Positions 42,722 to 49,928 of a DNA stretch of 49,928 nt are shown here, one piece after another. The notes under the pieces were generated by a model that made no database searches, had not been told where the DNA came from, and worked only from the letters and a program-made list of their open reading frames with translations. Made by a program: the position numbers and the translations under genes. The first letter of the stretch is position 1, and each line of letters begins with the position of its first letter. The DNA comes from an uncultured Candidatus Saccharibacteria bacterium (GTDB taxonomy: Bacteria > Patescibacteriota > Dojkabacteria > SC72), in NCBI GenBank assembly GCA_964452735.1, contig CAYVNA010000003.1, forward strand, positions 1 through 49,928, written 5' to 3'.

Positions 42722-44548
42722 TCAATTTTCTTTCTTTATTTCCAGATCATCAGCGATGGAGAGAAAGATGTCTCTCCATATAGGGACTGTTGTTAGACTA
42801 GCAAATCCAGCATTCTTGGGTTCCTGTAATTTCACAAGCATAATCATCTTAGGATCGCTTGCAGGCGCATACCCTATTACAGTATCGTTTGTATATTTCT
42901 CATCATATCCACCAGTTTCTTTAATTATCTGGGCAGTACCAGTCTTTGCAGCAATATCATATTCTAGTAATGGTTTCCCATATGCACTAAGAGAATTATT
43001 TTTTACAGCTTTCACTAGAGCTTCTGTAATGATATCTGATGTCTCTTTCGATACCGGCTTGGATATCTCTTTTGGTTCTATGTTAATAACTTCTTTCTCA
43101 TCCTTTATTTCAGATATTATATATGGTCTCATTCTAACTCCTCCATTTGCAAAAGTGCTCAATGCTGAGAGAACCTGAAGTGGGGTTGCTGATATACCTC
43201 CCTGTCCATATGAAGTAGTTATGATATCTAAATTTGTCCAGAGATTTTTGGGCCTTAAGTAACTAGTGCTCTCTTCCTGAAGTCCAATGCCTATGAATTC
43301 ACCAATCCCGAATTCTTTCAGAGAAGAGTAGAACTGATTGAAGTCCATCTTTAGAGCAATCTTTGCTGTGCATGGGTTGTTGGAGGTTCGGAATATCCCC
43401 GATATATCTATTTGTCCAGCAGGTAGTTTGTTCCAAGTATATATTTTTTGACCTTTCTGATCATCATATCCTGTTGCTTCGTAGAGATCGAGATATCCTT
43501 TATTGTCATTGCAGGTGTAATCCTTCTCTATGACTTTGTTTTCCAATGCTATTGCCAAGGTTATTGGCTTCTGAACCGAACCATATTCATATACATCAGA
43601 GATGGCTCTATTTTTTAAAATCCAGGGCTCAGAAACTCTCCAGTACTCATTAGGGTCATAGCTAGGATAGTTTGCCATAGCAAGGATAGCTCCAGTTTTG
43701 GGATCCATGATTATTGCACTTCCACTCTTTGCCTTACTATCCTTTACTCCCTTTTCTAGTATCTCTTCTACCTTACTTTGTATGTTGGGAACGATTGTTA
43801 ATTTAAAATCTTTCCCTTCTCTTGGTAGTATTGGTTCGTATTCTGCGGTTAGGATGATATTCCCTGAAGAATCTTTCTCTTCATATGAATACCCTTCTCT
43901 TCCCGTTATATCTCCGTAGTAGTAACCCTGTATACCATATTGTCCAACTAATTCACCATCTGCATCTTTCCCTATAAACCCAAGAATGTGTGAGGCTAGT
44001 TGGTTGTTTGGATACACTCGTTTTTCCTCATTCTCAAAATACATACCAAATCCCTGTGTCCCAGGTCCGAATATTTCTGCCTGCTCCAAAGCCTTCTTTT
44101 TCTCTGTTTTTACATCTTTTTTAATGATTACATATACGAAATCTTCCGTTAGTTTGGAATCTATGCTCTCTGTTTCCATATTTAGTATGGAAGAAACTTC
44201 TGCTACAAATGTATCCTTGTTATCGAAGAAAACCTTCCTTTCGTCCTCATCAAGGCTCAGTGTTGCATATATATTCCATACTGGTTCATCTACAGCTAGG
44301 ACAGTACCGTCTGCCGCAGTAATGATCCCTCTAGTGGCATTCTGTACCCTACTAGTTTGATATTGCTCTTGGGCCATACTTTTGAATTTGTCTGCGAAGA
44401 GTACTTGCCACCTAAATATCTGAAATATTAACACGAGTGCTAGAAATGAAATTCCATATCCAACGAGTATTAGATTGGCGGGTTTTTTGACGGATGATTT
44501 TTTCCCTCGTTTGCTTCTATTCGTGTAAAGATGGTTTAAGCTTGCCAT
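42722..44548 (-). CDS. ftsI: Class B penicillin-binding protein (FtsI/PBP2-type transpeptidase)
   Basis: 608 aa with an N-terminal TM, a PBP dimerisation region, SVQKP (SxxK), SNN (SxN) and KTGTA. It holds the dcw position after ftsL. Confidence 0.9.
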   Translation of the reverse strand: MASLNHLYTNRSKRGKKSSVKKPANLILVGYGISFLALVLIFQIFRWQVLFADKFKSMAQEQYQTSRVQNATRGIITAADGTVLAVDEPVWNIYATLSLDEDERKVFFDNKDTFVAEVSSILNMETESIDSKLTEDFVYVIIKKDVKTEKKKALEQAEIFGPGTQGFGMYFENEEKRVYPNNQLASHILGFIGKDADGELVGQYGIQGYYYGDITGREGYSYEEKDSSGNIILTAEYEPILPREGKDFKLTIVPNIQSKVEEILEKGVKDSKAKSGSAIIMDPKTGAILAMANYPSYDPNEYWRVSEPWILKNRAISDVYEYGSVQKPITLAIALENKVIEKDYTCNDNKGYLDLYEATGYDDQKGQKIYTWNKLPAGQIDISGIFRTSNNPCTAKIALKMDFNQFYSSLKEFGIGEFIGIGLQEESTSYLRPKNLWTNLDIITTSYGQGGISATPLQVLSALSTFANGGVRMRPYIISEIKDEKEVINIEPKEISKPVSKETSDIITEALVKAVKNNSLSAYGKPLLEYDIAAKTGTAQIIKETGGYDEKYTNDTVIGYAPASDPKMIMLVKLQEPKNAGFASLTTVPIWRDIFLSIADDLEIKKEN

Positions 44549-44850
44549 TAGAGTCTTTCTGCGATGATGGTAGAGTCTTCTATGTATATAATGCTTTTCT
44601 CATGAGAAGATGAGATGTTGAGTTCTTTGCTAGCTAACTTCTTGATAACGGTTATTGAATTCGTTTTAGCGATCTTTTCCTCCATACTACGATTCTCCTC
44701 TATTAAGTAGTTCTTCTCCTTATTAAGGCTTTGAAGCTCAATTCCAAGTGGACTCAATATTGAGTTGATGACTAGTTGAGAAAGTATAAAAGTTAATACA
44801 GTAAATATAAATATATTGAGTGAGATGTTTTTTGTAGTCTGTCTTTTCAT
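44548..44850 (-). CDS. ftsL: FtsL-like cell division protein
   Basis: 100 aa with a short basic N-terminus, one TM and then a coiled-coil-like segment. It lies between rsmH and ftsI, and its stop overlaps the ftsI start by 1 nt. Confidence 0.6.
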   Translation of the reverse strand: MKRQTTKNISLNIFIFTVLTFILSQLVINSILSPLGIELQSLNKEKNYLIEENRSMEEKIAKTNSITVIKKLASKELNISSSHEKSIIYIEDSTIIAERL

Positions 44851-44854
44851 GTTT

Positions 44855-45745
44855 CTAGTTTTTAATTAAAGTTCTTAACTTGGCAGAAGCGGATCTAGGG
44901 TTTTGCCTTTCTTCGTCATCGGTTGGGGCAATATGATTTTCAAAAAGCAACTCCCCTTCTCCGCTTCTCGATTTTTCTATAAAAAAGTTTTTAACAATTC
45001 GATCTTCAAGAGAATGGAAGGATATTATAGATATTCTTCCTTTCGGTTCTAAGATCTCAAAAGACTCATTTAGAGCTTGCTCTAGGCTATCCAATTCATC
45101 ATTTACCACGATTCGCAGGGCCTGAAAGACCCTGCGAGAAGGGTTCTTTTTTGATTGGTTTGCCGGCACTATTCTGTAAATAAGCCTTGTAAGATCTCCG
45201 ACCGTATTAATATTAGTGATACATTTTTTTATCTCTCTAGCAATTTGTGAAGAAAACCTCTCCTCTCCATATTTACGAAATAGAAAGGTAAGTTCTTTTT
45301 CAGAGAGAGCATTCAAGAGATCTTTTGCTGTTACCCCAAGATCTATATTCATCCTCATATCTAGTGGTTCTTCCTCTTCTAAATAGCTGAAACCTCTTTG
45401 GTGTGAATCTTCAAGTTGTCTTGAGGACAGACCTAAATCTAGAAGAATACCAGAGGGATTTCTTTTTATATCTTGGCAGATACTCTTTATGTTCCTGAAA
45501 TTACTTTGTTTTATTATCCAGTTCTTTCTATGAATATCCTCAGGATAGTATGATTTGACAAAGTTGATAGCATTTATGTCTTGATCTATGCTAATGAGAA
45601 GTCCTTCTTCGGAGAGTTTGTTTAGAATCTCTAAACTGTGTCCTCCATCCCCCAATGTCCCATCTATGTAAAAGAGATCTGGGTTTATATTAAGGGAATC
45701 TATGGATTCTTTTAGTAATACTGGAATATGTATCTTCTTAATCAT
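44855..45745 (-). CDS. rsmH: 16S rRNA (cytosine1402-N4)-methyltransferase
   Basis: 296 aa with HIPVLLKE, DGTLGDGGHS, LDLGLSSRQL and SFHSLEDRIVK. Confidence 0.95.
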   Translation of the reverse strand: MIKKIHIPVLLKESIDSLNINPDLFYIDGTLGDGGHSLEILNKLSEEGLLISIDQDINAINFVKSYYPEDIHRKNWIIKQSNFRNIKSICQDIKRNPSGILLDLGLSSRQLEDSHQRGFSYLEEEEPLDMRMNIDLGVTAKDLLNALSEKELTFLFRKYGEERFSSQIAREIKKCITNINTVGDLTRLIYRIVPANQSKKNPSRRVFQALRIVVNDELDSLEQALNESFEILEPKGRISIISFHSLEDRIVKNFFIEKSRSGEGELLFENHIAPTDDEERQNPRSASAKLRTLIKN

Positions 45746-46184
45746 TATTCTTCATACTCCTCATTTTACTTAGCTCTTGAGCTATCTCTTCTCCATTCTC
45801 CTTCAGATACTCTAACCTCTTCTCCCACTTCTCCCTATCCCACAACTCTATCCAGTTCACAAGACCTATGAAAACGATCTCTTTTTTTAGTTCTCCATGT
45901 GAGAATAGAGAATCAGGAATCACAAATCTTCCTTGTTCATCAACAGTAATTTCTTTTGCACCCCCTACTAAGAATCTACTTGTATCTCTAATATCTTTAT
46001 TTATGAAAGAGCCATTCACTACTTCTTTCGCTATGTTTTCCCAAAGTTCTCTATTTACAATTATTAATGCATCTTCATAGCCTCTCGTGAGTATTAGGTT
46101 GTCTCCTATTTCCTCACGAAATTTCTTTGGAAGTGAAACTCTTTTCTTTTCTCCTACTGTATTTCTGTATTCTCCTATTAGCAT
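45738..46184 (-). CDS. mraZ: Transcriptional regulator MraZ
   Basis: 148 aa with two SpoVT/AbrB-like halves carrying the DxxxR-type motifs (GEKKRVSLPKKFREE and DEQGRFVIPDSL). It is the first gene of the dcw operon. Confidence 0.95.
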   Translation of the reverse strand: MLIGEYRNTVGEKKRVSLPKKFREEIGDNLILTRGYEDALIIVNRELWENIAKEVVNGSFINKDIRDTSRFLVGGAKEITVDEQGRFVIPDSLFSHGELKKEIVFIGLVNWIELWDREKWEKRLEYLKENGEEIAQELSKMRSMKNND

Positions 46185-46206
46185 ATGTAGAATATATCAT
46201 CTTTCA

Positions 46207-46231
46207 CCACTATTTGCCACTTCCTGCCACT
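46207..46231 (-). promoter_or_regulatory. Candidate MraZ operator: three AGTGG direct repeats with exact 10-bp phasing
   Basis: The minus strand reads AGTGGcagga-AGTGGcaaat-AGTGGtgaaa. On the plus strand, CCACT occurs at 46207-46211, 46217-46221 and 46227-46231. The repeats lie 23-47 nt upstream of the mraZ ATG. Confidence 0.6.
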
Positions 46232-46260
46232 AATTTAGCATTGCACAGTAACTCCGTCAA
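46232..46260 (-). promoter_or_regulatory. Sigma70-like promoter candidate TTGACG-N17-TAAATT abutting the AGTGG repeats
   Basis: On the minus strand, TTGACG runs 46260-46255, a 17-nt spacer follows, and TAAATT runs 46237-46232. A second candidate -10, GATATATT (46191-46198), lies 6 nt from the ATG. Confidence 0.45.
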
Positions 46261-46433
46261 GAAAAAACAACTACAGGCTCGAATATATTGCTCTAGGATA
46301 TGGAGAAATGTTTGGAGGGAAAGGTGTTGGTCAATAACGATCAAAAATTTCTCACAGGAACCGATAGCTATTATTATTGAAAATAATTTTGATACAGAAT
46401 ATAGTAGATAGAGTAATTTAAGTATTTATTATT

Positions 46434-47816
46434 ATGAAAGTACAATTTAAGGACCTTTTTGATAGATTCCCTGAGTTTGAGTATAGAAATTGTGATGAGA
46501 GTGGATCCTTTGAGGGTTTCTCTCATGACTCAAGAGAGATAAAAGGGGGTGAGATGTTTATACCAATTGTGGGAGATAAATTTGATGGACATGACTATAT
46601 CGGAGAGGCTCTTTCAAAAGGGGCTTCTGTTAGTTTGTGTGAGGTTGGGAAGGTTAATAGCCTAGTGGACGTAAACGGTCCTCTCATTTTGGTTGATTCC
46701 ATAGAGGAAGGTCTTCAGAAGATACTTAATTATGCTGTTTCCGATATTACAGTCCCCATTATTGCAATAACTGGTAGTACAGGGAAAACAACTACTAAGC
46801 AAATGTTGGTAAGCATATTGTCAAAAAAGCACAAGGTCCTGTATTCAGACAAATCTAATACCGTTTGGGGAAATGCAGTTCTGTTGAGCGAGTATGATGA
46901 TCATGACTTTGTAGTTCTGGAATGTGCTATGGATAGGAAGGGAGAGATAGCATGGCATGTTAATTCTGTAGATCCTGATATCGGAGTTTTACTAAATGTT
47001 GGTTATGTTCATGCTGAGAAATTGGGAAGTATAGAAGAGGTGTATAAGGAGAAGAAAGACCTTGCTGATTATATGGAAAGAACAGGTAAGCCTCTTGTCT
47101 TGAATATTGATGATGAGAGATTGTATGGAATAAAAGAAAACTATAATGAGAATTCTGAATTAATAACGTTTGGGAAGAAGGAAGAGGCTGATTACCAAAT
47201 AGCTGATGTTAAGGTTGGTCAAAATGGAACTCATTTTGTATTTAAATACTATGATAATTCTATGGAGGTAGAATTAAATGCCTACGGAGAGGGTTATGTG
47301 TATGATGCTATGGCTGCAATCATAGTTGCAAATAAGTTGAGTGTCCCCATCGGGGATTGTATAGAAAATGTTAAGGATTTTAGAAGTAATAGTGGAAGAT
47401 TTGAGAAATTAGAATATGGTGATAATCTAGTTATAGTTAATGATGCATACAATGCTAATCCTGATTCTATGAAAATGTCTCTTGATACTTTTTCTGAAAT
47501 CTATCCTTCGGAGGAATATTTCCGTGTTGTTATCTTAGGTGATATGAGGGAGTTAGGTGATGTTCAAGAGCAGAAGCATAGAGAGTTGGGAGAGTATGTA
47601 CTAGGGAAGGACTTTGACAAGGTTTATTATGTAGGGGATCTCTATGATAGCTTTGGGCAGGGAGAGAACATATCTTCTGCTGATGAAGTCGCTGCTATGC
47701 TTAATGAGAAGCTAGATACTTGGAAGGAGAAGAAAGTAGCTATCTTACTGAAAGCTAGCAACAGTATTGGGTTGTATTTAGTTCCAGATTTCCTGAAGAA
47801 ACTGGGTGCTATATAA
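46434..47816 (+). CDS. murF: UDP-N-acetylmuramoyl-tripeptide--D-alanyl-D-alanine ligase
   Basis: 460 aa with a Mur ligase P-loop ITGSTGKTTTK, a central domain containing EC/AMDRKGE, and a C-terminal DAYNANPDSM block. Confidence 0.9.
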   Translation: MKVQFKDLFDRFPEFEYRNCDESGSFEGFSHDSREIKGGEMFIPIVGDKFDGHDYIGEALSKGASVSLCEVGKVNSLVDVNGPLILVDSIEEGLQKILNYAVSDITVPIIAITGSTGKTTTKQMLVSILSKKHKVLYSDKSNTVWGNAVLLSEYDDHDFVVLECAMDRKGEIAWHVNSVDPDIGVLLNVGYVHAEKLGSIEEVYKEKKDLADYMERTGKPLVLNIDDERLYGIKENYNENSELITFGKKEEADYQIADVKVGQNGTHFVFKYYDNSMEVELNAYGEGYVYDAMAAIIVANKLSVPIGDCIENVKDFRSNSGRFEKLEYGDNLVIVNDAYNANPDSMKMSLDTFSEIYPSEEYFRVVILGDMRELGDVQEQKHRELGEYVLGKDFDKVYYVGDLYDSFGQGENISSADEVAAMLNEKLDTWKEKKVAILLKASNSIGLYLVPDFLKKLGAI

Positions 47817-47819
47817 GGA

Positions 47820-49112
47820 TTACTCAACCCACTCTATATCAGCACCTAGTTGATTTAGGTTTTCTATGAAATTAGGATGAGCCCTTTTTATGGAATCAGC
47901 ATTCTTTATTGTGCTTTCACCCTTTATGGAAAGAGCCACCATCATAATAGCAACTGTTGCCCTTATAATTTCTGGAGCATCCACAGCGGCTGGTTTCAAA
48001 GGCTTGTTTCCATATACTATTATCCTATGAGGATCACACATTACAATATGCGATCCGAATTTAATCATCTCTGGTATCCAGAAAAATCCTCCCTCGTATA
48101 TCTTGTTCCAAAACATCATGGATCCTTCGGACTTAACAGCAAGAGCTACCATTAATGGCATCAAATCTGTTGGGAAGTATGGCCAAGGAGCTGCTTCAAG
48201 TTTCTGTAGGAGATTTTTTGTATATGGTTCAACAATCTTGAGCTTCTGGTTAGCTCTAACAATTGCAGTGGCTTCATGATGTTCTATTTTTACATTAAAT
48301 TTTGCAAAAGATTTATCAATAAGTGGGAAGAACTGAGGTTCGGAATCTCTCACCCTTATTTCTCCTCCTGTCATAGCACCTAATGCTAGGAGGGTTGTAA
48401 TTTCATGGTGATCTGAACTTATTCGAAATTCTGTTCCATGTAACTCCTCTACTCCATTTACTACTAATGTTGATGAACCAATCCCTTTGATATCAGCACC
48501 CATTAACACTAGGAAATTACAAAGATCTTGAACATGTGGTTCAGAAGCCGCATTAACCATGGTTGATGTCCCCTCTGCTTTAGTTGCTGCCATTACAAAA
48601 TTCTCAGTTGTAGTTACACTCATATAATCTTCCCAAGTATATCCACCCTTGAGTTTCCCATCGCATTTTATTTTTATAGATCCATTTGTACTAATCTTCG
48701 CACCTAGTGTTCGCAATATCTCCAGATGAGGGTCAATCTCCCTTATTCCCAAAGAACATCCACCTATTTCTTCCTTTATTTCGATTTGTTTTAATCTAGA
48801 AACTAGTGGTCCAAGGAGTAATATGGAGCCCCTCATCCCCAAGGGAAAGCCTTCTTTACCAAAATCATTCCTAAAATTTCTATTGCAAACCTTTATCCAT
48901 TTTTCTTTCTTGTTCCATTCAATTTCAGAACCCAAAGAGATCATCAGTTCTACCAATTTATTGACATCTGTTAGGTCGGGGAAATTTGTTATGGTAACTG
49001 TTTCATTAGTTAATAGGGTTGCACAAAGTATTGGTAGTGCGGAATTCTTATTCCCTGCAGGAGTAATTTCTCCCTTCAATCTATTCCCTCCTCTGACTAG
49101 TAGGTTTGCCAT
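47820..49112 (-). CDS. murA: UDP-N-acetylglucosamine 1-carboxyvinyltransferase
   Basis: 430 aa with LLVRGGNRLKGEITPAGNKNSALPIL and the active-site Cys context IGGCSLGIREIDPH. It shows the typical EPSP-synthase-fold repeat pattern. Confidence 0.95.
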   Translation of the reverse strand: MANLLVRGGNRLKGEITPAGNKNSALPILCATLLTNETVTITNFPDLTDVNKLVELMISLGSEIEWNKKEKWIKVCNRNFRNDFGKEGFPLGMRGSILLLGPLVSRLKQIEIKEEIGGCSLGIREIDPHLEILRTLGAKISTNGSIKIKCDGKLKGGYTWEDYMSVTTTENFVMAATKAEGTSTMVNAASEPHVQDLCNFLVLMGADIKGIGSSTLVVNGVEELHGTEFRISSDHHEITTLLALGAMTGGEIRVRDSEPQFFPLIDKSFAKFNVKIEHHEATAIVRANQKLKIVEPYTKNLLQKLEAAPWPYFPTDLMPLMVALAVKSEGSMMFWNKIYEGGFFWIPEMIKFGSHIVMCDPHRIIVYGNKPLKPAAVDAPEIIRATVAIMMVALSIKGESTIKNADSIKRAHPNFIENLNQLGADIEWVE

Positions 49113-49128
49113 AGTATGTATTATTAAA

Positions 49129-49928
49129 TTATATTTTTATTTGATCTAAGATTATATCTATTGCATTTACTGGAAACATTCTAGAAAGTTCTTCTTTGTT
49201 ATAGTTTTTCGTTTTGTCTATAAATCTGTTAATCTTTAATACTAAGGTCTCCGGAGTTAATTCCCCCTCATGAATTATTTCAGCAATTCCTAGATCTCTC
49301 AATATCCTTGCATTCTTCTCCTGCTCGTTATTTGTAACCCATGGAATTGGAATAAAGATCGAAGGAATCTGAAGAATACCCATCTCGTATACAGTATTTG
49401 CTCCTGATCTTCCAACAAAAAGATCTATATTGTTCAGAACCAAACCGATCTCTTTGCTGTCAATATATTTCAAAATCAATAGCTTAGATTGCAATTCTTT
49501 AGGTAGTTTCTTCTTTTCTTTTTGAAGAATCTCGAAATCCTTATACTTTTGATTATCCCCTGTTTGTACAATTAACTGATATTTCTGCAACAAAGGGTAA
49601 AGGCATTCCTTTACCGTTATGTTAATGGTATGTGATCCTAAACTCCCTCCTGATATGTATATTATTGGAGACTCTTCTTGTTCTTCTATCATACTTTTCA
49701 ATTCCTTGGAGAAGGAAGCATTCGAGTTTTCTTTAAAAATCTCCTCTCTTAGGAGATTACCTGTATGTATAGTTTTCTCTTTTGGGAAGAATTCTATGGA
49801 TGATGGAAATGCAATGAAAATCTTCTTAGCGAATTTCCCTACTATTCTGTTAGAAAGTCCAACAGTACTAGTCTGTTCATGTAGATATATCTCTGATCCA
49901 AATATCTTAGCAATTAAGCAAACAGGTA
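49129..49928 (-). CDS. murG: UDP-N-acetylglucosamine--N-acetylmuramyl-(pentapeptide) pyrophosphoryl-undecaprenol GlcNAc transferase, 5'-truncated by the window end
   Basis: The ORF-track entry (49129-49701) starts at an internal TTG. Hand translation stays open to the window edge (..PVCLIAKIFGSEIYLHEQTSTVGLSNRIVGKFAKKIFIAFP..HTGNLLREEI..) and matches MurG blocks (HEQN..G.aNr, tGnPvR). The C-terminal half has GGSLGS and GRSGANTVYE. Confidence 0.9.
   Translation of the reverse strand, partial: PVCLIAKIFGSEIYLHEQTSTVGLSNRIVGKFAKKIFIAFPSSIEFFPKEKTIHTGNLLREEIFKENSNASFSKELKSMIEEQEESPIIYISGGSLGSHTINITVKECLYPLLQKYQLIVQTGDNQKYKDFEILQKEKKKLPKELQSKLLILKYIDSKEIGLVLNNIDLFVGRSGANTVYEMGILQIPSIFIPIPWVTNNEQEKNARILRDLGIAEIIHEGELTPETLVLKINRFIDKTKNYNKEELSRMFPVNAIDIILDQIKI

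Noticed and set aside
46127-46411. 94-aa plus-strand ORF in the mraZ-murF intergenic region, and a 26-codon ORF starting at about 46300.
   Set aside because: The first overlaps the mraZ start codon and the operator repeats and has no recognisable features. The second is short, has no promoter-box context like other starts in the window, and is not otherwise supported.

Overview
AT-rich, very gene-dense bacterial chromosome segment of about 47 protein genes and one tRNA. It uses the standard genetic code, since TGA is used as a stop. No rRNA, CRISPR array, transposase, integrase or prophage block was seen. Most of the window is housekeeping. It holds tig-clpP, mutS, hisS, the classical thrS-infC-rpmI-rplT-pheS-pheT block, rsmD, a SpoU-type methyltransferase, recG, a short RelA/SpoT homologue, tyrS, rarA, truB, rsmI and tatD. 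It also holds a rearranged cell-wall cluster: mraZ-rsmH-ftsL-ftsI-mraY, then murF, murA and murG (cut by the window end), plus a class A PBP elsewhere. Several conserved proteins have trimmed architectures: trigger factor without a PPIase domain, ThrRS without a TGS domain, and an RSH protein without its C-terminal regulatory half. Convergent genes overlap at their 3' ends. Many first genes carry a TATAAT-like box only 5-7 nt from the ATG, with no Shine-Dalgarno motif. Together these features suggest a reduced-genome, Gram-positive-type lineage such as Patescibacteria/CPR; this is inference only. The non-housekeeping content is mainly cell-surface related. (1) A sortase sits next to a divergently transcribed Ig-like protein with a C-terminal sorting-like signal. 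(2) An 833-aa anchored protein combines a DUF2341-like domain, three HxH tail-collar-like modules and three beta-sandwich repeats. (3) A 773-aa protein fuses an extracytoplasmic CxxC thioredoxin-like domain to an ectodomain with 35 Cys, four CGDG repeats and an SPNTG-plus-TM tail. (4) A small protein is bracketed by two VWC-like Cys motifs. Other notable items are a PpsA-like protein whose phospho-histidine is Asp, an orphan OmpR-type regulator with a degenerate receiver, a triple AGTGG operator upstream of mraZ, and an unlisted 36-codon membrane ORF between the RSH gene and recG. All family calls rest on motifs recognised by eye, because no database search could be run.
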